Origin: an uncultured bacterium
GTDB taxonomy: Bacteria > Patescibacteriota > Microgenomatia > Levybacterales > UBA12049
Assembly: GCA_963826535.1 (NCBI GenBank)
Contig: CAWGXL010000010.1
Coordinates: forward strand, 234,814 to 298,813
Length of the DNA: 64,000 nucleotides
Direction of reading: 5' to 3'
This document shows, piece after piece, positions 18,780-29,319 of the stretch (position 1 is the first letter of the stretch; the number at the start of each line of letters is the position of its first letter). The translations under genes were made by a program, and so were the position numbers. Below the pieces are notes generated by a model. It had not been told where the DNA came from. It was given only the letters and a program-made list of their open reading frames with translations, and made no database searches.

Positions 18780-19522
18780 AAAAAAATAGAAAACTAGGCG
18801 CCATCATTCTCGCTGCCGGCCGCGGAAAGAGAATGGAACAAAAACGCGCAAATAAAGTCACACTTCTACTTCGTGACAAGCCACTTATTACTTATGCGGT
18901 AAACCTCCTCGAAAAAATGAAAATTAGTCCGGTAATTGTAGTTGTTGGACATGCAAAGGATACAGTCCAAGTTGCGCTTAAGAACGCCCGGGTTGTATTT
19001 GCCGAACAAAAACGCAGGCTAGGGACTGGTCATGCTGTGAGATCCGCGATAACAAAGATTCCTTCAGAAATAACTGATATAATTATTCTATATGGGGACG
19101 ACTCATTTGTTTACAATGAAGAGATTCTAAATAAAATTATTAATATTCATATTATGAACGACCAAATGCTTACTTTTCTGACAATTAAAGTTAATAATCC
19201 GGCAGGCTTAGGCAGAATAATAAGAAATGATAAAAGAGAAGTAATAGATATAATTGAAGATAAGGACGCCACAGTTGTGCAAAAGAAAATAAAAGAAATA
19301 AATCCCAACTGTTATATATTCCAAACTGAATTCCTTAAAAAATATCTCCCTAAAATTACCAAAAGTCCTGTCACAGGTGAATACTACTTACCCGCCCTTA
19401 TTAAATTAGCCCGTGATTACAAAGAAAAACTTGAAGTTGTCGAAGCCGGTTTTATTCCTTGGCAAGGTGTTAATACCCAAGAAGATCTCATTGAAGCTAA
19501 AAAATTATTTAAATATGAATGA
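18776..19522 (+). CDS. GlmU N-terminal uridylyltransferase domain (stand-alone)
   Basis: ILAAGRGKRM, LGTGHAV, YGD, GRIIR, GEYYL, GVNT. Confidence 0.88.
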   Translation: MKKNRKLGAIILAAGRGKRMEQKRANKVTLLLRDKPLITYAVNLLEKMKISPVIVVVGHAKDTVQVALKNARVVFAEQKRRLGTGHAVRSAITKIPSEITDIIILYGDDSFVYNEEILNKIINIHIMNDQMLTFLTIKVNNPAGLGRIIRNDKREVIDIIEDKDATVVQKKIKEINPNCYIFQTEFLKKYLPKITKSPVTGEYYLPALIKLARDYKEKLEVVEAGFIPWQGVNTQEDLIEAKKLFKYE

Positions 19523-20153
19523 TAAAAACTTTCACAATTCAAATTTTTTTGACTTAACTAAATTTGCATATAAAGATATCCTTGATGGGCCTCCTTGGAA
19601 TTCAATTTCCCTAATGAACCCATTTATTCTCCAACAATTTTCCAGTGGTACAATTGCTCCAAATTTTAAGGATAAACCATATGTTTTTATTGGAGAAGGT
19701 ACCACAATACATCCATCTGTAGAAATTGCAGGCCCTGCAATTATTGGTCGAAATTGTGAGTTGAGACATGGAGCATTTTTACGCGAAGGATGTATCATTG
19801 GCGATAATGTAATCATTGGTCACGCGGTTGAAGTAAAGCACTCAATAATTTTTAACCACAGCACAATTACCCATCTTAGTTATGTTGGTGACAGTATGAT
19901 CGGTAATAATGTAAATATATCGGGTGGTGTTATCATTGCCAATTTCAGATTAGACAAGAAAAATATTTTCATAAAAACTCCAAAAGAAGAAATTGATACA
20001 GGTATGCAAAAATTTGGCGCAACTATAGGTGACAATTCTGTAATCGGTGTAAACTCGGTTTTAAATCCTGGCACTCTACTAGGTAAAAACACAATCGTTT
20101 TCCCTTTAAAATCCATTTCAGGAGTACATGAAGACAATGCAGTCCTTAAATAA
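19515..20153 (+). CDS. Hexapeptide-repeat acetyltransferase (GlmU C-terminal-like, stand-alone)
   Basis: GPAIIG, VEVKHS, HLSYVGDS, FGATIGD, GVNSVLNPG; ATG 19515 overlaps the upstream stop. Confidence 0.85.
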   Translation: MNDKNFHNSNFFDLTKFAYKDILDGPPWNSISLMNPFILQQFSSGTIAPNFKDKPYVFIGEGTTIHPSVEIAGPAIIGRNCELRHGAFLREGCIIGDNVIIGHAVEVKHSIIFNHSTITHLSYVGDSMIGNNVNISGGVIIANFRLDKKNIFIKTPKEEIDTGMQKFGATIGDNSVIGVNSVLNPGTLLGKNTIVFPLKSISGVHEDNAVLK

Positions 20154-20619
20154 ACCGGTTATTTTATTCGACATAGACTATACTCTTTTTAATACTGCTC
20201 AATATAAAGAATCGAATCAAGAACTATTCTCATTATACAAAGAAGTTTACGACGTTTTATCAGAACTATCAAACACCACAATACTCGGCATATTTTCCGA
20301 AGGCGAGTCAGAATTCCAAAATAGAAAATTAAGAAAGACGAAAATAGATCATTTTTTTAGTAAAGAACACATTCATATTGAACATCTTAAATCAGGGAAA
20401 ATAAAAGCACTAGGAGAGATTTACAAAAATACCCCACTCTATATAATTGATGACAAACTACCCTTCCTATTAGTTATGAAGAATACTATTCCCCAAGTCA
20501 AAACAATTTGGATAAAAAGAGGACTATACGCCGAGAATCAAAATACCATCCCCGGTTTCACTCCTGACGCAGTAATAGACAATTTATCCGAACTAATCCC
20601 CATCATAAATAATCTCTAA
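20128..20619 (+). CDS. HAD-superfamily hydrolase
   Basis: ILFDIDYTL motif I; IIDDK motif IV. Confidence 0.85.
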   Translation: MKTMQSLNKPVILFDIDYTLFNTAQYKESNQELFSLYKEVYDVLSELSNTTILGIFSEGESEFQNRKLRKTKIDHFFSKEHIHIEHLKSGKIKALGEIYKNTPLYIIDDKLPFLLVMKNTIPQVKTIWIKRGLYAENQNTIPGFTPDAVIDNLSELIPIINNL

Positions 20620-20634
20620 AATTTATACTTTCAA

Positions 20635-21087
20635 TTATTTAATATCTTTAATAGAATATTTAATTATCCCGGAAGGAGATTGAAATTTCACATTTTCCCC
20701 TTTCTCTTTTCCCTCAATAGCCCGACCTAAAGGAGACAACAAGGATATTTTTCCTTCTCTGGGATTTGCTTCCAAATCCCCAACAATTTTGAACACAATT
20801 TCTCTTTTCCCATCATATAAAGTAATTTGCTTACCAATTGCAGCCCCTGACCCACTGGGTTTATCTATTATCACAGCTTGTTTCAATGATAATTTAAGCT
20901 GGAACAATTTAAAATCCATTGAAGTAAGCTTGGAACGAGCTGCCTTATAATATCCATTTTCACTCAAATCTCCCATCTCCCTTGCTTTTTTCAAATCAGC
21001 AACAGCTGCCGGTCTTGACTGAAGTAGTTCCTCATATTCCTGTTTTGTTTTTTCGTACCCTTCTTTTGTAAAACGCGTTTGTTTCAT
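20635..21087 (-). CDS. greA: Transcription elongation factor GreA/GreB
   Basis: AREMGDLSENGYYKAAR, ISLLSPLGRAI. Confidence 0.92.
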   Translation of the reverse strand: MKQTRFTKEGYEKTKQEYEELLQSRPAAVADLKKAREMGDLSENGYYKAARSKLTSMDFKLFQLKLSLKQAVIIDKPSGSGAAIGKQITLYDGKREIVFKIVGDLEANPREGKISLLSPLGRAIEGKEKGENVKFQSPSGIIKYSIKDIK

Positions 21088-21116
21088 TATTCTATATTAT
21101 ACATTACAATGTTACC

Positions 21117-21482
21117 TTATACTCCTTTCAATTCTTCCTCGTTCATACCGAAATGGTGTCCAATTTCATGAAGCACAGTTTGTTTTACCTGTTCTTTTAT
21201 TTCTTCATGCGTTGAACTAATACTTTCTATTGGACCTTGAAAAATAGTGATCTTATCAGGTAGCACCATTGTGTAATTTAATCGATCTGTTTGCGGTATT
21301 CCCTCGTAAAGCCCTAAGAGAGTACTTCCACGGCGAAGATGCATTTTCCGTAATTGTTCTATTGTTGGCTCATATTCAATAGTAACAGTTACATTATTCA
21401 ATTTTTCCCTGAATACTTCCGGTATATCCTTAAGCGCCAAAACCACAAGCTGTTCAAAAGTTTCCCTAACAAGGTTCAACAC
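21117..21482 (-). CDS. Zincin-like metallopeptidase (DUF1025-like); start uncertain
   Basis: LLGLYEG, PDKITIFQGPI, HEIGHHFG. Confidence 0.88.
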   Translation of the reverse strand: MLNLVRETFEQLVVLALKDIPEVFREKLNNVTVTIEYEPTIEQLRKMHLRRGSTLLGLYEGIPQTDRLNYTMVLPDKITIFQGPIESISSTHEEIKEQVKQTVLHEIGHHFGMNEEELKGV

Positions 21483-21542
21483 CACTTTGTTATAGCACAC
21501 TTTTACTTATGATGTATATCTAAACATGTTATAATTATTCTT

Positions 21543-21998
21543 ATGACTAGCTGGCAACAAATAGCTGTGATAATATATGGGATACTAAATTTATGGGTAT
21601 TTGCAAAAAGTTTTTATGAGATAAAGAACAGGAAAAATACTTTCGGATTAGCCGGGCATTTTGGTTTTTTGGGAATTTTTGTTAGAGGAGACGCAGTTAT
21701 ACTCGGTTCATTTTGGGTTATAGTTAGTTGTACAATTTTGCTTCTACAGGATTGGTATTTATTTTTATTGACTCTCTCGCTTTTTTGGGTAGTAAGAAGC
21801 GCGGGTGAAGTTATCTACTGGCTCAACGAACAATTTGCAGCCAAGTTTAGAAATCCACCCCAAACACTTAAATTTTATAAATTCTTTAATGGCGAATCTG
21901 TTTGGTTTATCTATCAACTATTTTGGCAATGCGTTTTAGTTGTATCCTTAATCGCCTCAATCTATCTTGCGGCATTATGGTTATATAGTAGATTTTGA
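21543..21998 (+). CDS. Hypothetical membrane protein
   Basis: About 4 hydrophobic segments; TGnTATAAT 7 nt before ATG. Confidence 0.8.
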   Translation: MTSWQQIAVIIYGILNLWVFAKSFYEIKNRKNTFGLAGHFGFLGIFVRGDAVILGSFWVIVSCTILLLQDWYLFLLTLSLFWVVRSAGEVIYWLNEQFAAKFRNPPQTLKFYKFFNGESVWFIYQLFWQCVLVVSLIASIYLAALWLYSRF

Positions 21999-22101
21999 AT
22001 AGTCCCATCACTTATCTAATTCTTACGACTTTATTGTTTGTCTCTTATTAATAAAGCATACTATACACGAGTGTGTAACAATGGATAGGAGGTGAAAATA
22101 T

Positions 22102-22320
22102 ATGGGTGATTTAAGCGATATCGGACAAAAAATAAAAGGTAAAGTTCAGGTAATCAAAGGTGATATAAATCAAAAAAGAGGGAAAGGAATTAAAGGTGGT
22201 ATGCAAAAAATTAAAGGAAAGTTTAATCAAACTGTGGCTGATACAAAAATGAAAGCCAAAAAAGCAGGAGCCAAAGGAGATGCAGATTGGGATAGAGAAG
22301 AAGATTGGGATAATAACTAA
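22102..22320 (+). CDS. CsbD-like small protein
   Basis: Repeated QKIKGK; perfect SD AGGAGGTGA at 22087-22095. Confidence 0.8.
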   Translation: MGDLSDIGQKIKGKVQVIKGDINQKRGKGIKGGMQKIKGKFNQTVADTKMKAKKAGAKGDADWDREEDWDNN

Positions 22321-23123
22321 AGTTGCGCTTTTATAATAATATTATTTGGTTCCCATCTATTTTTAAATATTTTAGATAAAAATTTTTTAATAAAGTAAAA
22401 ATTTTTAAAAGCATAAAGTGTGTTTGAGTTTAATATTTTAAATCCTACTAACTCTAATTCAGCTTTGATTAATTTGTCAGTGTAATCCCTCACGTGTGCG
22501 TTTGGATTAGTTGTCATTTTTTCCAATTCTTCGTTCATGGGAACAGAAACTATTAAAAAGCCCTTTTTTTTTAACATTTTTTTAACATTACCAAGCAACT
22601 TAAATAGTTTACTGGGCGGTACATGCTCTAAAACTTCGAGCAAAAAAATGCAATCGAAAAAATTATAATGATAATTCAAACTATAAATTGATTGTTTTTC
22701 AAAATTACCTTTAAATTTACTTCTTAATCTATTAATTGAGATATCCGAGAAATCATTGGCATATATAGCAATATCTCGCCTTTTAATTAAATATTCCTCA
22801 AGAAATCCAGCTCCGGCTCCGATATCTAATACTTTTTTACAAGAACTAGTTAAAAATTTAAAGGCAATCTTTATTCTTTCTTTTGTCATTCCATCCTGAT
22901 CTTTAATATTGCCGATATCTTCAAAATTTTCATCCCACATATCAGATGTATTATTATCCTTTATCTCGGTAAATGACCTTTCGTATAATCGTCGCAACGT
23001 ATTAATCTCTTTACTTTCTGCAAGCATTTGTCTGCACCTCTCAATATTAAACGGATTCACGCAGCACTTTTTACAAATAGGATAATTCTTATCTATTTTA
23101 CAAATCAGACAATTACTCCTCAT
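22317..23123 (-). CDS. Class I SAM-dependent methyltransferase with Cys-rich N-terminus
   Basis: VLDIGAGAG, FDCIFLLEVLEHV, LIVSVP. Confidence 0.9.
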   Translation of the reverse strand: MRSNCLICKIDKNYPICKKCCVNPFNIERCRQMLAESKEINTLRRLYERSFTEIKDNNTSDMWDENFEDIGNIKDQDGMTKERIKIAFKFLTSSCKKVLDIGAGAGFLEEYLIKRRDIAIYANDFSDISINRLRSKFKGNFEKQSIYSLNYHYNFFDCIFLLEVLEHVPPSKLFKLLGNVKKMLKKKGFLIVSVPMNEELEKMTTNPNAHVRDYTDKLIKAELELVGFKILNSNTLYAFKNFYFIKKFLSKIFKNRWEPNNIIIKAQL

Positions 23124-23251
23124 ACTTGCAATATATCATCAATTTGAACCACTGACAATAATTCACCCCCTTAATAAATTAATTTATAATTCTCCACTAC
23201 AAATTTATTTCCGGTTTGTATATTTATATCAGAGTATTAATAAGGTAAAAT

Positions 23252-25465
23252 ATGATTATGATATCTATTATTATCGTTAATTATCACGTTAAAAAAGAGC
23301 TATTTGAATGTGTAAAATCAATTATTTCTACTAATCCCAAAACTCCTTATGAAATAATTGTAGTTGACAATGACGAAGAGAAAACCATTCTGAATGATCT
23401 GCATAAAAAGTTTCCAAAAATCAAATACATACCAAATAAAAATAAAGGGTTCGGTCAGGGCAATAATGTTGGCGCGAAGCAGGCGAAAGGGGAGTACCTC
23501 TTCTTTCTAAATCCTGACACTAAATTTCTAAATAATTGCCTGGATATTTTGATAGCTTATCTTAAAAAAAATAAGGTTGCTGCAATCTCAGCACCTCTTC
23601 TTTTTGATAATAAAAATAAACCTTACCCTTTACAGGGAATTTTGAATCTAACACCGTTACGCGCAATATTTGCACTTTCATTTATAAATAAAGTATTTCC
23701 CAATAATAAAATATACCAGGACTATTATTTATTTGACTGGAATAAAAAAAGCATAAAAGAAGTAGATGCTGTACCAGGTACAGCTTTTATTATAAAAAAA
23801 GAAGTTTTTGAAAAAGCGGATGGATTTGACGAAAATTTTTTCCTCTATTTTGAAGAGTTTGATCTTTGTAAAAGAGTCAAAGAACTGGGTTGGAAAATCT
23901 TTATTCTTCCTACAGCAAAAGTATTTCATGTCTGGGGTAGCAGTACAAAAAAGCATGACACAAAAAAAATATTTTTAGAAAGTAGATATTATTACTTTAA
24001 AAAGCACTTTGGGACAATTACTGCTATTATCACGGAAGCAATATTGAGAATTAATAAATATAGTTTGCTACTTTCCGGAATTATAGTGCTGGGATTATTT
24101 CTTCGCACTCACAATCTGACAGATACTATGACTTTTATCGGTGACCAGGCATGGTTTTATATATCCGCACGGGATCTGCTACTTACAGGAAATATTCCTC
24201 TAGTTGGAATCCCTTCAAGTCATCCCTGGCTCCATCAGGGAGCGTTATGGACATACGCATTAGCCTTTGGACTTAAGGTCTTTTCTTTCAGCCCCCCCTC
24301 AGGAGCTTATCTTTCAGTATTAATTGATTTGATAGCAATTTTCTTAATATACAAAGTTGGGTCATCAATGTTTACGCAAAAACTTGGAGTAATCGCAGCT
24401 GCATTATATGCCACCTCACCGCTAGTGGTAATAAGTGCCCGAATGCCCTATCACACAAGCCCAATTCCATTGATGACAATTATTTTTATTTATTTCTTAT
24501 ATATTTGGGTATCCGGGAACAAGAAAGCTTTTCCTTTGATAATTGCGTCTTTAGCCATTCTTTACAATCTTGAAATAGCGACTTTTATATTGGCAATCGT
24601 ATTTTTTCTAATTCTTGCATATGGAGCGTTAAAAAAAACTTCTTGGTTTAGAAAAATTATTAGCCTAAAAATTATAATTGCCTCCTTGTTCGCTTTTATT
24701 ATTCCAATGATACCTATGTTTATACATGATATCAATCATGAGTTTTCTCAAACAATTAAATTTATTGCCTGGCTAGGTTACAAAGTTCTTTTAGTCTTTG
24801 GATACCCACCGCTTCATCCGGAAATTCAATCACCCGGCATTAACGAAATACTAGTTTTTTTAGCTATCCATTTTCAAAGACTGATTTACGCTCCAAGTTC
24901 TTTAGTTGCCTTCATATTAGGCGTATTTTCCATAGGATTTTTTTATAAATCGATAATACCTAAGATAAAATTTAATAAAAACAATATAAGCATTATCGTG
25001 CTAGCTCTTATATTTTCAGTTAGTTTGGTTGGATTCATAATTGTAGGGGTTCCCTCGAGTGCATATCTTCCCATCTTCTTCGCGCCGGTAATATTATTAA
25101 CAGCCTTGTTTTTTGAAAGGTTAATGAATAATAAAAAGCTAGGTTATAAACTTACTTTATTATTATTAAGTTTAATTGTATTTGGAAACAGTTATTATCT
25201 AATTAGTCATAATTATTCTTTTGATATGTATTTAGGACAAACGCTTAAAGTTAAGATAGATATTGCAAAGTCAATAATTAGACAATCCACTGGAAGAGAG
25301 TATAATTTAATAGGTACAGGGCCATCAAGTCAATTTAAAAGCTTTACTATGAATTACGAATATTTAACCTGGTGGCTTGGACACGGCCCCTCAGATGAGC
25401 AACAAAAATTACAGTTTATTATTAACGATGAGGATGGTACAGTTAACGTTAATAAAATAGAATAA
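23252..25465 (+). CDS. GT2 glycosyltransferase fused to a multi-TM GT-C/PMT-like domain
   Basis: SIIIVNY, VVDN, NKGFGQGNN, FLNPD, GFDENFFLYFEE.DLC; then FIGDQAW, LVGIPSS and many TMs; start may be 23258. Confidence 0.88.
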   Translation: MIMISIIIVNYHVKKELFECVKSIISTNPKTPYEIIVVDNDEEKTILNDLHKKFPKIKYIPNKNKGFGQGNNVGAKQAKGEYLFFLNPDTKFLNNCLDILIAYLKKNKVAAISAPLLFDNKNKPYPLQGILNLTPLRAIFALSFINKVFPNNKIYQDYYLFDWNKKSIKEVDAVPGTAFIIKKEVFEKADGFDENFFLYFEEFDLCKRVKELGWKIFILPTAKVFHVWGSSTKKHDTKKIFLESRYYYFKKHFGTITAIITEAILRINKYSLLLSGIIVLGLFLRTHNLTDTMTFIGDQAWFYISARDLLLTGNIPLVGIPSSHPWLHQGALWTYALAFGLKVFSFSPPSGAYLSVLIDLIAIFLIYKVGSSMFTQKLGVIAAALYATSPLVVISARMPYHTSPIPLMTIIFIYFLYIWVSGNKKAFPLIIASLAILYNLEIATFILAIVFFLILAYGALKKTSWFRKIISLKIIIASLFAFIIPMIPMFIHDINHEFSQTIKFIAWLGYKVLLVFGYPPLHPEIQSPGINEILVFLAIHFQRLIYAPSSLVAFILGVFSIGFFYKSIIPKIKFNKNNISIIVLALIFSVSLVGFIIVGVPSSAYLPIFFAPVILLTALFFERLMNNKKLGYKLTLLLLSLIVFGNSYYLISHNYSFDMYLGQTLKVKIDIAKSIIRQSTGREYNLIGTGPSSQFKSFTMNYEYLTWWLGHGPSDEQQKLQFIINDEDGTVNVNKIE

Positions 25466-25478
25466 AAGATATAATAAT

Positions 25479-26225
25479 ATGATATCAGCAATTATTCTCA
25501 CAAAAAATGAAGAAAAAAATATTAAACAGTGTCTAGAGTCTCTTTCTTGGTGCGATGAGAGAATTGTTATAGACGACCAATCAAAAGATCGAACCGGTGA
25601 AATAGCTCAAAAATTAGGCGCGAAAGTTTATGTGCGTCTCTTATCAAATTTTTCTGATCAGAGAAATTATGGTAAAGATAAAGCTAAAGGAGACTGGATT
25701 CTTTTTATCGATGCTGACGAATATATTTCCTCTGCATTATGGTATGAAATAATGCAAAAGATCAATGAACCAATAGATAATCCAGCAGGATTTTATTTTA
25801 AACGTATTGATGTTATGTGGGGGAAGCAGTTAAAATATGGTGAATCGGGGACAATAAAACTTTTAAGACTTGCCAAAAAAAACAGCGGACAATGGGTTGG
25901 CGCTGTACATGAAAGATGGGAAATTTCCGGAAAAACAGAAACCCTTAATAATCCTTTACAACACTATCCTCACCAGACAATTGAGGAGTTTCTAAAAGAA
26001 ATTAATCACTACACGGATCTCCGCGCAAAAGAGTTATATAAACTGAATGTAAAAACAAATTGGTCCATGATTTTACTCTATCCAAAAGCAAAATTTTTTC
26101 AAAATTATATCCTCAGACTTGGAATTTTGGATGGCCTGCCGGGACTGGTTTCATCCCTCATGATGTCCTTCCATTCATTTTTAGTTAGAGGAAAGTTGTG
26201 GCTATTATGGCAAAAAGCAAAATAA
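25479..26225 (+). CDS. GT2 glycosyltransferase
   Basis: ILTKNEE, FSDQRN, WILFIDADE, VHE. Confidence 0.92.
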   Translation: MISAIILTKNEEKNIKQCLESLSWCDERIVIDDQSKDRTGEIAQKLGAKVYVRLLSNFSDQRNYGKDKAKGDWILFIDADEYISSALWYEIMQKINEPIDNPAGFYFKRIDVMWGKQLKYGESGTIKLLRLAKKNSGQWVGAVHERWEISGKTETLNNPLQHYPHQTIEEFLKEINHYTDLRAKELYKLNVKTNWSMILLYPKAKFFQNYILRLGILDGLPGLVSSLMMSFHSFLVRGKLWLLWQKAK

Positions 26226-26311
26226 ATAATCTTTATTATATAGCGTTCACTATTTGGAGTATATTAATTATGTTTCTTTATTTGGTACATCTATTTTCAC
26301 GAGCAAAATAA
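26207..26311 (+). CDS. Candidate 34 aa single-TM small protein
   Basis: MAKSKINNLYYIAFTIWSILIMFLYLVHLFSRAK*; fills the intergenic gap and overlaps the upstream stop. Confidence 0.45.
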   Translation: MAKSKINNLYYIAFTIWSILIMFLYLVHLFSRAK

Positions 26312-26328
26312 TTCTTTGAGGTCCGCAA

Positions 26329-28074
26329 ATGAAATTAAGAATAAAAATATTATTAGGTATAATTGCCTTTTTTATTTTCGTTTCTTTATCAATATATATT
26401 ACGTTTCCACTCATTTTTCATCTAGGAGATTTTGCAGTTGGTCATGGAGATGAATTAGTTATTGCTTGGATACAAAGTTGGGTAATTCATGCCCTGTCAT
26501 CTGGCAATATTTTTTCTCTTTTCAATGCAAATATATTTTATCCATACCATAATTCACTAGCCTTTTCCGATATTTTTTTAACCTCAAGTATACTTTCTAT
26601 TATACCTTTGTATATTATTAAAGAGCCAATTAGCGTGGTGAATTTTACTTTTATTTCTTCACTTATACTATTGGGTTTCTCTATATTTTTATTATCATAC
26701 TATTTAACCAAGGATTTTGTTGTATCTATACTTTCCGGTAATCTTGTATTATTTACTCCGGCTGTTCTGGATAAAGCAACTCATTTACAAATACTGGCTA
26801 TTCAGTGGGTTCCACTTTCTATACTCTTTTTCCTAATTTTTATTAAGCAAGGAAAATCTAAATACTTTGCATTAGGCTTAATTTTTTTTCTGCTTCAAAT
26901 TTATAATAGTTTTCTGCCTGGTTATTTTATAGTTATTTCATATGTAATTATTTCTATTTTTAACATTTTTTATGACAAGAAAAAAAGTTTAAAACTTTTA
27001 ACAAAAATGAACATCTCACTGTTATTAATTGCATTTGCATTGACTATCCCTATTATTATTCCTTATTATCAGGTATCTAAGGAATTTAGCTACACAAGAG
27101 ATATACGGGATTCAATTCATTTTGCTCTGCAACCTGAAGATCTATTTTATTCGTCCAATTATAGCCGTTTAAATACTTTTCTAAACGACTTCCCAATCAA
27201 CAAAAATTCACAAAATAATGAATTTAAACCGGGTTATCTTGGTATCGTTTTTACAATATTATCAATATTTGTTCTATATTACTTTATTAAAAATTTCAGA
27301 AAGAATAACAAAATTTTTAATTCTTTAACTACTATAAGTTTAATTGGGTTAGTTTTAAGTTTTGGGCCTGTATTACATCTGGGAAGACAAACTATTCATG
27401 AACCCTTTCCTATACCATTACCATATACGCTTTTCTACTATATTCTTCCTGGCTTTAATGGATTTCGAAATTCCGCCAGATGGGAAATGCTCTTTATTTT
27501 ATGTATAGCTGTTGTAATTGCTTTGACATTAACTATGATATTTAAAAATTACAACAAAACAAAAACAAAGATAATTTATTGCCTGCTTATAATAGGTATA
27601 ATCGCAGAATATAACTTCCCTATGAAATTGTACGCCGTCCCTCAAGTATCTGATTTCCCGCCTGTTTACAAGTGGCTCAATACCACACCGGCAGATTCTG
27701 CTGTAATTATATTGCCAATACATAACTGGAATAGTATTTTTGCAGTAGAAGAAATATGGAGAGAATATTACTCAACAGCAAATTTCAGAAAAACAGTAAA
27801 CGGATATTCCGGCTTCTCTCCTCCGCCTTGGCAGAAGTTAGTAGTAGATATTAATAATGATTTTCCTCAAGAAAATTCTATTATTAAATTAAAAAAAATA
27901 GGGGTTGATTATATTATTGTACATAAAAGTGAATTTGACTTATTACATAAAAATAACTTTAAATTAAACATGCATCCTGGACAGATGGGAAATGAAATTA
28001 TTACCTCATTAGCTAAAAGTAAAAAATTACACTTAATCAAAAAAATAGGTAACGATTATATATATGAATTATAA
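26329..28074 (+). CDS. Multi-TM GT-C/YfhO-like glycosyltransferase
   Basis: FNANIFYPY.NSLAFSD, FRNSARW, VNGYSGF; many TMs. Confidence 0.75.
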   Translation: MKLRIKILLGIIAFFIFVSLSIYITFPLIFHLGDFAVGHGDELVIAWIQSWVIHALSSGNIFSLFNANIFYPYHNSLAFSDIFLTSSILSIIPLYIIKEPISVVNFTFISSLILLGFSIFLLSYYLTKDFVVSILSGNLVLFTPAVLDKATHLQILAIQWVPLSILFFLIFIKQGKSKYFALGLIFFLLQIYNSFLPGYFIVISYVIISIFNIFYDKKKSLKLLTKMNISLLLIAFALTIPIIIPYYQVSKEFSYTRDIRDSIHFALQPEDLFYSSNYSRLNTFLNDFPINKNSQNNEFKPGYLGIVFTILSIFVLYYFIKNFRKNNKIFNSLTTISLIGLVLSFGPVLHLGRQTIHEPFPIPLPYTLFYYILPGFNGFRNSARWEMLFILCIAVVIALTLTMIFKNYNKTKTKIIYCLLIIGIIAEYNFPMKLYAVPQVSDFPPVYKWLNTTPADSAVIILPIHNWNSIFAVEEIWREYYSTANFRKTVNGYSGFSPPPWQKLVVDINNDFPQENSIIKLKKIGVDYIIVHKSEFDLLHKNNFKLNMHPGQMGNEIITSLAKSKKLHLIKKIGNDYIYEL

Positions 28075-29253
28075 TTTTATTACTTTTTCGTATTTATTAA
28101 ATATATATATTACTAAAAGTCCAAGTGGGAAGTAAATTAAAGTTAATTTAGGATGGTAAGCCATAGTGACTACATTAATCATGCTACCAATAGCTAGAAA
28201 ACCTAGTAAGTACCCTTTTTTATAATGTGATGCAAGTAAAAAAGCGCAAAGAATCAAAGGTATGAAAGCCTGATAAGAATATCTCAAACTCGACACCATA
28301 ACCCACGGCTCCGCTGAAGTTGGAAAAGTAAAGTAGAGAAATAAATTAACAAAACCGAGAATATAAAGGCGATTTATACCAAAAATATTAATTTGTTTTT
28401 TATAAAATTTTATATATAGAAAAAAGCCGAATGTTAGAAATATAATTAATATCCAAATATTATATTCACCAAATACCGCATCAAACATTTGAAATGGTTG
28501 TTTTAAAGTTTCGTCTAATACATTAACTTGATAGTAGTTAACTCCCTTGAATCCAAGTACTGGCAAAGGATAAAATGGATTTTGAAGATATATATAGTTT
28601 CTTACATACCAAAAAAGCCCGAATATGGAAAAAGGGATAAAAAAAGCTATTAAATTCTTTAAATTAAGATAACGGATTATACTTCTAAAGTAGACAATTA
28701 GAAGTAATAAAAAGAATATACAACCGGTATATTTTGTACCAATCAGCATGCCAAGTACAAATCCAAGTTTAACAAAATATTTAATTTCTTTTTTAGGATG
28801 TTCAAGTAGTATAACGCCGAGAAGAAAGAATATACAAAGCCAAACATCTATACTTACCGCATTATACCACCGGACAAATACATTAAGAGTACAAATCGTA
28901 GTTGCAAAAAGTAATGACCAATAATAACGCATACGAAATATTAAACCCAATTTAAAGCACACAAAAAATAAAACAATAACAGCCAGGATATTTGAAAGGG
29001 TTAAGGGAATACCCAGAATAATTAATAGGGAATTTATAGCCTCCGATGATCCGGGAAAATATTGTCCTACAACTTTATAATCGGATGGATGTAGAAAGCT
29101 ACCATCTAAAATAGATTTAGAAATTGGAATATGATAATCCCAACTGTCACCCGGCGCTGGAACGGGGTTAATCAACCCTATATATGCATAATGAACGACA
29201 TAATATAAGAAAATAATAATACCTACATGAGATAATGTCTTTATTATTTGCAT
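28069..29253 (-). CDS. Multi-TM GT-C-like membrane protein
   Basis: DSWDYHIP, IGTKYTG, WYVRN...NPFYP. Confidence 0.72.
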   Translation of the reverse strand: MQIIKTLSHVGIIIFLYYVVHYAYIGLINPVPAPGDSWDYHIPISKSILDGSFLHPSDYKVVGQYFPGSSEAINSLLIILGIPLTLSNILAVIVLFFVCFKLGLIFRMRYYWSLLFATTICTLNVFVRWYNAVSIDVWLCIFFLLGVILLEHPKKEIKYFVKLGFVLGMLIGTKYTGCIFFLLLLIVYFRSIIRYLNLKNLIAFFIPFSIFGLFWYVRNYIYLQNPFYPLPVLGFKGVNYYQVNVLDETLKQPFQMFDAVFGEYNIWILIIFLTFGFFLYIKFYKKQINIFGINRLYILGFVNLFLYFTFPTSAEPWVMVSSLRYSYQAFIPLILCAFLLASHYKKGYLLGFLAIGSMINVVTMAYHPKLTLIYFPLGLLVIYIFNKYEKVIKL

Positions 29254-29319
29254 TATTTTTATTTTATCACTAAGCCAGATATTAGAGTAGAAGCTGTAGT
29301 TTTAATGTACAATATGAAT

